In this document: positions 1 through 5,635 of the stretch, one piece after another | Layout of the letters: the number at the start of each line of letters is the position of its first letter | How positions within the stretch are numbered: the first letter of the stretch is position 1 | Virus record (IMG/VR): IMGVR_UViG_3300045988_023530 | DNA from: a virus | DNA: 6,233 nt | Strand: one strand, 5' to 3' | Made by a program: the position numbers and the translations under genes | The notes under the pieces: generated by a model | Told to the model about the DNA's origin: nothing | The model's input: only the letters and a program-made list of their open reading frames with translations | Databases searched by the model: none

Positions 1-77
1 CTCGTACCATACGCTCGATTTGATAACCTTGTTCAAGTCGTCCTGGAACTGTGCGATTCTGGTCTGTACTTCCTTGT
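1..77. repeat. Terminal direct repeat, copy 1 (identical to 6157-6233); circular-contig overlap
   Basis: ctcgtaccatacgctcgatttgataaccttgttcaagtcgtcctggaactgtgcgattctggtctgtacttccttgt occurs at 1-77 and again, base for base, at 6157-6233. Confidence 0.95.
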
Positions 78-726
78 TGGCTACGTTTGCCTGAATGAGC
101 TTAATTGATTCTTCGGTCGCTTCTGCTGTTGTCTTCAGGTTTTCAATTTTCTGTTCCACTTCTTCGGTATCTTTCTTGCTCTTTCTCACTTCGGCTACCT
201 TTTTTGCCAGGTCTATTCCTACACCTACCAGATTTTCAATTTTTTGAGCTGTTGTTTCGCTCCTTACCTTTTCGGCTTGTGCATTTGTCAGTTCTGTTTG
301 TGCTGCCACCTGTTGTGCCTGTAATGCTACTTGTAGTCCCATTGGTTGCATTGCTGTTGCTGGACTGACTGTTGCACCGTGTGCCTGACCTGCACTTCCT
401 GACCCTCCGTTAAGTAATGCCGGATTCAGACCCGCTGCTTCCATTTGTTTCACTTGGTTTTCATAACCTGTATAGTCAAACATCTCCTTGGCGTATTCCT
501 GGCTTTTTTCTGCCGCTTCCTTATTCCACTGGTTCTGCAGTTCCATTCTTTCCTTTTCGTCTTTGCTTTGCAGCGCATACATCTCCCGCCCGTATTCCAT
601 CTGTTTTTGTTGGAGTTCTCTCTGCATGCCTCTGTCCTTTGCGCCGCTTACTGCTCCTGCGATGGTTCCTGCGAGTCCTGTAATTAAACCGCTTCCTCCA
701 CTTCCTAAAAATCCTAAAAATCCCAT
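1..726 (-). CDS. VP2: VP2 DNA pilot / minor capsid protein, N-terminal 242 codons (runs off the window edge and continues at 6156..5815)
   Basis: This ORF is absent from the ORF track because it has no stop inside the window. Hand translation from ATG 726..724 finds no tta/cta/tca triplet in plus frame 1 over 1..726, so the minus frame stays open. The protein begins MGFLGFLGSGGSGLITGLAGTIAGAVSGAKDRGMQRELQQKQMEYGREMYALQSKDEKERMELQNQWNKEAAEKSQEYAKEMFDYTGYENQVKQMEAAGLNPALLNGGSGSAGQAHG... The Gly-rich hydrophobic N-terminus, the AGLNPAL motif and the long Q/E/K/A-rich coiled-coil-like region are typical of microvirus VP2/H-type pilot proteins. Confidence 0.8.
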   Translation of the reverse strand, partial: MGFLGFLGSGGSGLITGLAGTIAGAVSGAKDRGMQRELQQKQMEYGREMYALQSKDEKERMELQNQWNKEAAEKSQEYAKEMFDYTGYENQVKQMEAAGLNPALLNGGSGSAGQAHGATVSPATAMQPMGLQVALQAQQVAAQTELTNAQAEKVRSETTAQKIENLVGVGIDLAKKVAEVRKSKKDTEEVEQKIENLKTTAEATEESIKLIQANVANKEVQTRIAQFQDDLNKVIKSSVWYE

Positions 727-742
727 AACTTGATTGTTTTCG

Positions 743-759
743 CGCTTTTTTGAAAAGCG
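743..759 (-). other. 7-bp hairpin (cgctttt / aaaagcg, 3-nt loop) 16 nt upstream of the VP2 ATG
   Basis: cgcttttttgaaaagcg has perfectly complementary arms at 743-749 and 753-759. It lies in the VP2 5' leader. Its function is unknown. Confidence 0.5.
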
Positions 760-787
760 AGGTTATTATACTAGATTATAATGGCTA

Positions 788-811
788 CATGCGTACCCGA
801 AGGTACGCATG
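788..811 (-). other. Perfect 10-bp stem-loop capped by a C(UUCG)G tetraloop on the sense (minus) strand, just 3' of the VP3-like ORF
   Basis: On the plus strand the sequence is catgcgtacc cgaa ggtacgcatg. On the minus strand it is catgcgtacc TTCG ggtacgcatg. No U-tract follows, so it is not a canonical intrinsic terminator. It could be an mRNA-stabilising or processing hairpin, or an ssDNA hairpin. Confidence 0.6.
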
Positions 812-830
812 ACTTATTGAAGTCCTACTG

Positions 831-1157
831 TCATGTAGGTTGCCCAGCATCATTTGATGCGCCGCCTTGAGCGGTATCTTTCTTGTTCACTTCTTCACTT
901 GGAGGCTGTTGTCCTTTTGCAATGCGTTCCCTGTTAACTCTGTCCATCGCATTTTGTGCGATTTCCCACTTGTCTGCTCTCACGTCGTATTGTGGCATTA
1001 CCCCTTTTTCCTTTGGTGTGTAGATTAATGGTGAGGTATCTTTGATAGGTTCTCCTGTTTCTACCAGTTTCTTACATCTATCCTCAATGGACTGTCCCTC
1101 GTATGATTCCACCCCGAATTGGGTAAAACTCTTTGTGATAATTCTTGGCTTTCCCAT
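831..1157 (-). CDS. Small protein downstream of VP1; putative VP3-like internal scaffolding protein (108 aa)
   Basis: The ORF track gives an ATG at 1157, only 5 nt after the VP1 TAA (1165..1163). The segment VESYEGQSIEDRCKKLVETG and the following WEIAQNAMDRVNRERIA loosely resemble the GESxTxQSxxDxCDIN...TG pattern and helical tail of gokushovirus VP3, as I recall them. The homology is not verified. Confidence 0.5.
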   Translation of the reverse strand: MGKPRIITKSFTQFGVESYEGQSIEDRCKKLVETGEPIKDTSPLIYTPKEKGVMPQYDVRADKWEIAQNAMDRVNRERIAKGQQPPSEEVNKKDTAQGGASNDAGQPT

Positions 1158-1162
1158 ATTGT

Positions 1163-3133
1163 TTACATTAAAGGTATCTGTGCTGCGCTCATAACTCGTC
1201 TTGCGATAATTCTCTTTCCGATTTGTACCCAGAAGTCTCGGTTGGTATCCGTGTTCGTTGCGAAGATATACGTATAGTCTTTCGGTGAGATATATGTACT
1301 GGGATTGGTAATTTCTCCAACATCGTTGACGTCATATATCCTGTTCAGGACCATGTAGCTTTCGGTTTCTCCTGCTGCGAAGTCTGCATACGTTCTGTTC
1401 ACGTCCGTCATGTAGTTCAGCCATGCAGGTTGCTTCCCTATTGCCTCATTAAGCCTAGCCCGTCCGTGCATCTGGTTGCTTAACAGGTCTTGGTATCCGA
1501 TTCCATCCAGCTGTGGTTTGTGCAGGTCGTCCATTGTGTCTAGCTGCACCATATCCCAGTCGTTACCCTGTGAGTAGTCTACGTTTGGTGTGATGCTTGC
1601 AATACCGATAATATAGCATGGTTCGTTACACTTGATTACGATTTTGCCACCTCTCTTTCCTCGGTTAAAACCACGTCCTGCCAGGCTTCCCAATGGTTCT
1701 TCTACTCCGCTCGCTGTTGATGCCGAGTTTGATACTACTGCTTCAAATTCGATTGTTGTCGACATACCTCCTTCATATACTGGAGTTTCGGCTCTGAAGT
1801 AGTAATCTGTTGTGTATACTGTCTCAATCCAGTCCTTGTAACTGCCTCCGCTGATTGCGATACGGTTCAGCATGTTGTACACTTTTTGTGCCAGGTTCAG
1901 TGCGTCCAGGTTAAGTTTTCCGTCGCTTACGTCTACGTCTGTTACTGCGTTGATTCCATTATCACCGTCTACCCACTCTTTATTGACCCAGTTGTTAAAC
2001 AGGTCTGACTGATATGTTTTTAAACATAAGCCACCCATTTCTGAGTTTACTATGGGGTATATTATCCTGTCTTTGTCAGTTTCTTCGTAATTTTCCGTGA
2101 ACAGTACTCTGTAGATGAAGTTTGATTTCAATTTTTCATCGCTATTTCTTCCGACTACGATTTTTTCACGTCCTTTACTCAGGATGTATTCCCTTAAGTC
2201 GTCGATTTCTGTTAACGGGAATGAGCTTGTGTATGCATTTGTTACTGTTCCCTGTTTAATGTTTTCGGTTGTTCCCTTAAGAGTTACACTTGTCCCTGGA
2301 TCTACTTGTATTGTTCGTGATGTTTTGTAATACTGTCCTGCTTTTGCTTTGATTATTATTTTGTTTTTTTCGACACTTACTTTTTCCCACGCATCGATAT
2401 CGACTATTTTTATGTATATAGGTTCTGAATCTAATGTGAATTTTATTTCTTTTATGTCTTCAAGTTTTATATCTGTTCCTGTAATTGTTACTGTAGTTGG
2501 AGCTGTACAGAAGAAGTCAAATGTATAGGTATTTTTATATACATTTCCCGTAAAATCTTCAGACACAATAGTCGTCGCATTCTGAATCGAGCTGCCACCC
2601 ATTACATAAAACCGTTCTTCCTGCTTATTGGCGTAATAGTTTTTAAAGACGTCATAGTATCCTAGGAATGGAACTATGTTGTATTCTTGTACTTCTGACG
2701 TTGTATACCATGGTTCTACTTTTACTCCTAGATATTCTGCTAATGATGCCTTCCCTTCTTTGTCCCCTTTGTTTCTCACATAGAATTCTGCCTTGGGAAG
2801 CTTTACTTTGCTCATATCCAGTCCGATATTGAGTGTGTTGTTATGCAGCATTGCGTTGTACAATCTGATGGGACACGTAAATACATCTGCCTGGAACTTG
2901 AAGTTTCCGAACAGCGGCCCGATAGTCGGATGTGTCATGATTTGTGTGTCCATATCTATCTCGAATGTGTCTCCTGGTAATCCCAACAGCTTCATGAATG
3001 GTACTAGTGTACCTACTCCCATAGGACTGCGCCAGGCACTTGACAGGTTATGTGTACTTCTTCCGTACTCCCTGAGGGATACCGACATCTTGTTGCTATC
3101 CCCTAGTGTGTTTTTTCCGATGTTTACTTTCAT
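1163..3133 (-). CDS. VP1: Major capsid protein VP1 (F-like), 656 aa
   Basis: The ORF track shows Microviridae capsid signatures throughout: RSTHNLS, GTLVPF, LPGDTF, YYDVFKNYYAN, KTYQSDLFNNW, LAGRGF, EPCYIIGIASITPNVDYSQG, PAWLNYMTDVNRTYADFA and FWVQIGKRIIARRVMS. The length fits the long Alpavirinae-type VP1. Confidence 0.95.
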   Translation of the reverse strand: MKVNIGKNTLGDSNKMSVSLREYGRSTHNLSSAWRSPMGVGTLVPFMKLLGLPGDTFEIDMDTQIMTHPTIGPLFGNFKFQADVFTCPIRLYNAMLHNNTLNIGLDMSKVKLPKAEFYVRNKGDKEGKASLAEYLGVKVEPWYTTSEVQEYNIVPFLGYYDVFKNYYANKQEERFYVMGGSSIQNATTIVSEDFTGNVYKNTYTFDFFCTAPTTVTITGTDIKLEDIKEIKFTLDSEPIYIKIVDIDAWEKVSVEKNKIIIKAKAGQYYKTSRTIQVDPGTSVTLKGTTENIKQGTVTNAYTSSFPLTEIDDLREYILSKGREKIVVGRNSDEKLKSNFIYRVLFTENYEETDKDRIIYPIVNSEMGGLCLKTYQSDLFNNWVNKEWVDGDNGINAVTDVDVSDGKLNLDALNLAQKVYNMLNRIAISGGSYKDWIETVYTTDYYFRAETPVYEGGMSTTIEFEAVVSNSASTASGVEEPLGSLAGRGFNRGKRGGKIVIKCNEPCYIIGIASITPNVDYSQGNDWDMVQLDTMDDLHKPQLDGIGYQDLLSNQMHGRARLNEAIGKQPAWLNYMTDVNRTYADFAAGETESYMVLNRIYDVNDVGEITNPSTYISPKDYTYIFATNTDTNRDFWVQIGKRIIARRVMSAAQIPLM

Positions 3134-3372
3134 TGTTTTTCGTTATTAGTTGATAGTTCAATTACTCGCCCAATAGCTCCTGAGATTATTTTGCATATTG
3201 TCTCCAGGTTTAGGCTCTCCAGGCTTTCGATTAGCTCCTTTTTGGTTTTATACACTCCGTCCGATACAATTTGTCTTCCTACTGTTGCGAACCATACGTC
3301 TTCATCTTTTTCTCTTCCCTTACGCAGCATGATTATGCCTTTGTATTGTTCCGTGTAATCATTTTCGTTCAT
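3130..3372 (-). CDS. Hypothetical protein, 80 aa, translationally coupled to VP1
   Basis: The ORF is in the track. Its TGA (3132..3130) overlaps the VP1 ATG (3133..3131) as ATGA. Its own ATG (3372..3370) overlaps the upstream ORF's TGA in the same way. I recognise no family. Confidence 0.6.
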   Translation of the reverse strand: MNENDYTEQYKGIIMLRKGREKDEDVWFATVGRQIVSDGVYKTKKELIESLESLNLETICKIISGAIGRVIELSTNNEKQ

Positions 3373-3569
3373 TTCATTTTAAAATTAAAATTAGTACTGT
3401 CATTTTCTTGATTTGCGCTAGCGTTCTGGTCTACTTTCTGCTCGCTGTTGCTGTTGTTTTTCTGGATGTTAAGGCTTATTACACATCCTCCTAGTGTTGC
3501 TGCCAAAACCCATGCCACTACTAGCAGCTTAATCAGTTTTCCTTCCTTGTCACTTTTAACATTCTCCAT
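3369..3569 (-). CDS. Small secreted/membrane protein, lipoprotein-like (66 aa)
   Basis: The sequence is MENVKSDKEGKLIKLLVVAWVLAATLGGC VISL... It has a charged n-region, a hydrophobic h-region and a lipobox-like L-G-G-C with Cys29, followed by an N/Q/S-rich polar tail. It has an ATGA overlap with the downstream 80-aa ORF. Confidence 0.55.
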   Translation of the reverse strand: MENVKSDKEGKLIKLLVVAWVLAATLGGCVISLNIQKNNSNSEQKVDQNASANQENDSTNFNFKMK

Positions 3570-3718
3570 GATTTTTTGTTCATATCTGTTAAATACTTCC
3601 CTAATTCCTTGTAGCTTCCACAGGTGGTGGTTAGGTTCACCACCTGTCCTGTCATTTCGTTAACGAACTCGATTTCAAATATAATGAATAATTTTACATC
3701 TTGATTTGTTTCTTTCAT
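3533..3718 (-). CDS. Hypothetical protein, 61 aa
   Basis: The ORF is in the track with ATG at 3718..3716 and TGA at 3535..3533. It is co-oriented in the small-ORF block and overlaps the next ORF by 37 nt in another frame. I recognise no family. Confidence 0.4.
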   Translation of the reverse strand: MKETNQDVKLFIIFEIEFVNEMTGQVVNLTTTCGSYKELGKYLTDMNKKSWRMLKVTRKEN

Positions 3719-3739
3719 TTTTTTGATTTATTAATTTTT

Positions 3740-3937
3740 TCAATTATTTCCCAATGCCCACATAACTCTCCAGCTTTTTTCTTTCACTTCAAGCGCAGCG
3801 CCTATGAATATGGTTGGAAATAGTACCTTCATTTGTTTTATTGTATTCATGGCTACAAACTCAGTTTCGAATCTCTCAACTGTTATTCCATCTTTAAAAA
3901 TGATTGTAACTCTGTAGTTTCTTTTTATTTTTTCCAT
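3740..3937 (-). CDS. Hypothetical protein, 65 aa
   Basis: The ORF is in the track. Its ATG at 3937..3935 lies 2 nt after the stop of the upstream 57-aa ORF. I recognise no family. Confidence 0.5.
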   Translation of the reverse strand: MEKIKRNYRVTIIFKDGITVERFETEFVAMNTIKQMKVLFPTIFIGAALEVKEKSWRVMWALGNN

Positions 3938-3939
3938 TG

Positions 3940-4113
3940 TTATCCTACGATTTCGGTTATACTTACCACTTCTATTTGAATCCCGCTTGCTTTACATGCT
4001 TTGCACAGTTTTTCTGCTTCCAGCAAAGCGTGGAGCATCTTCTTCGCTCTTGTTAATCCTTCTAACATTCTTCCGTTGTTTAGATTCTTGTAAGTAATCA
4101 TAAAATTTTTCAT
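3940..4113 (-). CDS. Hypothetical protein, 57 aa (below the ORF-track size cutoff); first ORF after the predicted promoter
   Basis: Hand translation from ATG 4113..4111 to TAA 3942..3940 gives MKNFMITYKNLNNGRMLEGLTRAKKMLHALLEAEKLCKACKASGIQIEVVSITEIVG. It sits about 26 nt downstream of the predicted transcription start. Confidence 0.4.
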   Translation of the reverse strand: MKNFMITYKNLNNGRMLEGLTRAKKMLHALLEAEKLCKACKASGIQIEVVSITEIVG

Positions 4114-4145
4114 AACTGTAATCTTTTATTGGTTTTTCTGTATTA

Positions 4146-4176
4146 CAAATATACGCATTTTTTTCTAAAACACAAA
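4146..4176 (-). promoter_or_regulatory. Bacteroides-type promoter: -33 TTTG (4176..4173), 19-nt spacer, -7 TATATTTG (4153..4146)
   Basis: The minus strand reads TTTG-tgttttagaaaaaaatgcg-TATATTTG. This is an exact match to the Bacteroides consensus TTTG-N19-21-TAnnTTTG. It lies in the only large non-coding AT-rich region, upstream of the co-directional gene string. Confidence 0.55.
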
Positions 4177-4251
4177 ATTTTTGGCATTTCTTTTATTATA
4201 ATCAAATAATATTTTTTCTATTAAAAATAAATCTATATGTATATGATAGCC

Positions 4252-4356
4252 TGTTGAAACTGTTTATAACTATGTTAATTTATTCATTTTCAATCATTTA
4301 TCTTGTTCATAACTTTGTTGATAACTTTTCATTTATTTATTTGTATTGTTCATAAC
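4252..4356. repeat. Iteron array, orientation 1: TGTTnATAAC at 4261-4270, 4304-4313, 4316-4325 and 4347-4356 (degenerate copy at 4252-4260)
   Basis: The copies are tgtttataac, tgttcataac, tgttgataac and tgttcataac. Three of them are followed by ttt. Copies 2 and 3 are 12 nt apart. Confidence 0.7.
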
Positions 4357-4404
4357 TTTCTTCTGTAGTAAAACATTTGTCATTTCCAAATTTTAAGGCA
4401 TTTA

Positions 4405-4469
4405 TTTATCAACAAGTTATTAACAGGTTTATTAACCGATTTTGTTGGGTTATCAACAGGTTATCAACA
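4405..4469. repeat. Iteron array, opposite orientation: GTTATnAACA at 4405, 4416, 4428, 4449 and 4460 (about 11-nt phasing)
   Basis: The copies are tttatcaaca, gttattaaca, tttattaacc, gttatcaaca and gttatcaaca. Each is the reverse complement of the 4252-4356 motif. The core TTATCAACA is one mismatch from the DnaA box TTATCCACA. Confidence 0.7.
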
Positions 4470-4473
4470 CCCA

Positions 4474-4588
4474 CAAGCCGAATACTTGGAGGCTTGCATA
4501 TAGTTGGCAGCATGACCGCCCGAGAGCGTTGTCTCGGGCAGCAAGCTAGCCTTGCGTAGTCATGTTAATAATCGGAGCCGCAGGCTCC
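4474..4588. other. GC-rich structured island 3' of rep: a hairpin (4474-4496), a perfect three-way junction (4511-4564) and a hairpin (4574-4588)
   Basis: The first hairpin is caagcc/ggcttg. The junction has P1 catgac (4511-4516) with gtcatg (4559-4564), P2 gcccgaga (4518-4525) with tctcgggc (4532-4539), and P3 gcaag (4541-4545) with cttgc (4551-4555). The last hairpin is ggagcc-gca-ggctcc. GC by hand count is 72/130 over 4471-4600. Confidence 0.6.
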
Positions 4589-4603
4589 CTACCTTCTGGT
4601 CAC

Positions 4604-5569
4604 TCAAGGATGGCGAAGCTGGCGAAGTTTTCGAGCATTTAGCCTTGCTTGGCGCATTTTTTCCAGCCTTGCCTTGACTTTCTCTCGTTCCCAGTCTTCT
4701 GGGTTATCTCCATATAGAAGCTCGGCTCTTCTTTGGTAATATCTTGTCAGATTCTCCCATTCTTCCAGATTATCCGTGCTTACCTTCTCTCCTGCTATGT
4801 ATCGGTATCCTCTTTCCTGCTTGATTATCCACAGGTTCTCACGCTCTTCTTCGGTGTATAGTTTGTCATGGTAATACTTTGGCAATGGTAGTTCATTTCC
4901 GTCTTCCAGTTTGTAGGTCTCTTTTGTTTCCTTACCTCTGTAACGGTTTCTTTTGGCGTTATAGCTCGTTTCGTATTTGCTTCCTATCCCTGCGCTGCAC
5001 ATTACTTTTCCTCTGAAATCAGGCCATTTCTCGCATATCTTCAGCATGTACTTAGTTACATATGCAATAGTTGTCTGGTTAACATAATCTCCTATGTAGG
5101 TGTATCCGTACCCCCAATGGTTTATTCTTTCTTTCGGACACCATACTATTCCATGTAAGTGTATTCTTCCGTAGTCTTCTCCCTTTTCTGTGACCATCCA
5201 GTGTCTGATGGACTTTCCCGTTTTTTTCCGGATTCTTTCCAGCCATCTTCTCACAGCTACCTTGCACATCTCGTTTTGTTCGGTATAGTTCAGGTTTTCC
5301 TTACTTTTCTTGAACAGCTCCCACGACAGTTTCTGGTAATTTTCTTCGTTGAATGTCAGTGTAATAAATAGTGCGTTAGGATTGTTTTTCAACTCTTCTG
5401 CCAGTCTTATCCTCCAGTTTCTCGCTTTTTCCTTCCGGCATTCGATACATTTTCCGCATTTTGTCGGCACATATCTTAACCTTTCATCATTGCATTCTGG
5501 TACATTTCCTTGATTTTTCTTGGTGTACATGTACTTTTTGTTTAATATATATTTGGTATATAAGCACAT
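4604..5569 (-). CDS. VP4: Replication initiation protein VP4 (HUH rolling-circle endonuclease, phiX174 A-like), 321 aa from ATG 5569
   Basis: The ORF-track frame is 4604..5713. I place the start at ATG 5569..5567 (MCLYTKY...) because microvirus VP4 proteins typically start with MC, and the 48 upstream codons cross the GC-rich structured island. Motifs present are the Cys cluster CGKCIECRKEK, RCR motif 1 FITLTF, the HUH motif IHLHGIVW, and the two-Tyr motif 3 YVTKYMLK (compare phiX174 A YVAKY). Confidence 0.9.
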   Translation of the reverse strand: MCLYTKYILNKKYMYTKKNQGNVPECNDERLRYVPTKCGKCIECRKEKARNWRIRLAEELKNNPNALFITLTFNEENYQKLSWELFKKSKENLNYTEQNEMCKVAVRRWLERIRKKTGKSIRHWMVTEKGEDYGRIHLHGIVWCPKERINHWGYGYTYIGDYVNQTTIAYVTKYMLKICEKWPDFRGKVMCSAGIGSKYETSYNAKRNRYRGKETKETYKLEDGNELPLPKYYHDKLYTEEERENLWIIKQERGYRYIAGEKVSTDNLEEWENLTRYYQRRAELLYGDNPEDWEREKVKARLEKMRQARLNARKLRQLRHP

Positions 5570-5635
5570 AGTTAAAATTGTTTCACGTGGAACATAAATA
5601 AAAAAATAGAACAGCACAATGTATGTAGCATTATG

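Noticed and set aside
1-77. The terminal repeat as a biological direct terminal repeat or packaging signal
   Set aside because: Microviridae genomes are circular ssDNA. The repeat lies inside the VP2 coding frame, and its 77-nt length matches a common assembler k-mer. It is best explained as contig overlap.
105-733. Four overlapping plus-strand ORFs (105..368, 417..683, 445..687, 488..733)
   Set aside because: They are antisense to the VP2 frame, which stays open for 242 codons here. Their products are Leu/Phe/Ser/Pro-rich low-complexity strings, as expected from reading a K/E/Q/A-rich gene backwards. No start context or homology supports them.
765-780. Two TATAAT hexamers on the minus strand (rc of attata at 765-770 and 775-780) upstream of VP2 as sigma70-type -10 boxes
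   Set aside because: No TTGACA-like -35 lies at a suitable distance. The other evidence points to a Bacteroidetes host, whose promoters use TAnnTTTG. TATAAT is also expected by chance in AT-rich spacer sequence.
2115-3149. Plus-strand ORFs 2115..2330 and 2793..3149 inside VP1
   Set aside because: They are antisense to a confidently identified capsid gene. They are hydrophobic and low-complexity with no recognisable motifs. All supported genes are on the minus strand.
3448-3663. Plus-strand ORF of 71 aa opposite the small-ORF block
   Set aside because: It is antisense to two co-oriented, tightly packed minus-strand ORFs and has no supporting features.
3676-3683. Second TATATTTG (-7-like) motif on the minus strand inside the 61-aa ORF
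   Set aside because: No TTTG -33 element lies 19-21 nt upstream, so it was not called as an internal promoter.
4377-4559. Plus-strand ORF of 60 aa (MSFPNFKAFIYQQVINRFINRF...)
   Set aside because: Its repetitive VINRF/INR peptide simply reflects translation through the iteron array. It then runs into the three-way junction, so it is best explained as non-coding.
5079-5267. Minus-strand 62-aa basic ORF overlapping rep in another frame (a possible phiX-style overprinted gene)
   Set aside because: The start is GTG (cac at 5265-5267), not ATG. The product is a generic Arg/Lys-rich string of the kind produced by frame-shifting an A/G-rich gene. Nothing else supports it. Conservation of the open frame in relatives would be needed to revive it.
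5615-5635. Imperfect palindrome CACAATG-tatgtag-CATTATG resembling a dif/Xer site (a possible attP for host Xer-mediated integration, as proposed for Bacteroidetes microvirus proviruses)
   Set aside because: Only the CATAATG arm resembles the E. coli dif XerC arm end. The spacer length and the second arm do not match the ATAA-N6-TTAT core, and I do not know the Bacteroidetes dif consensus well enough to judge. The similarity is too weak to call.
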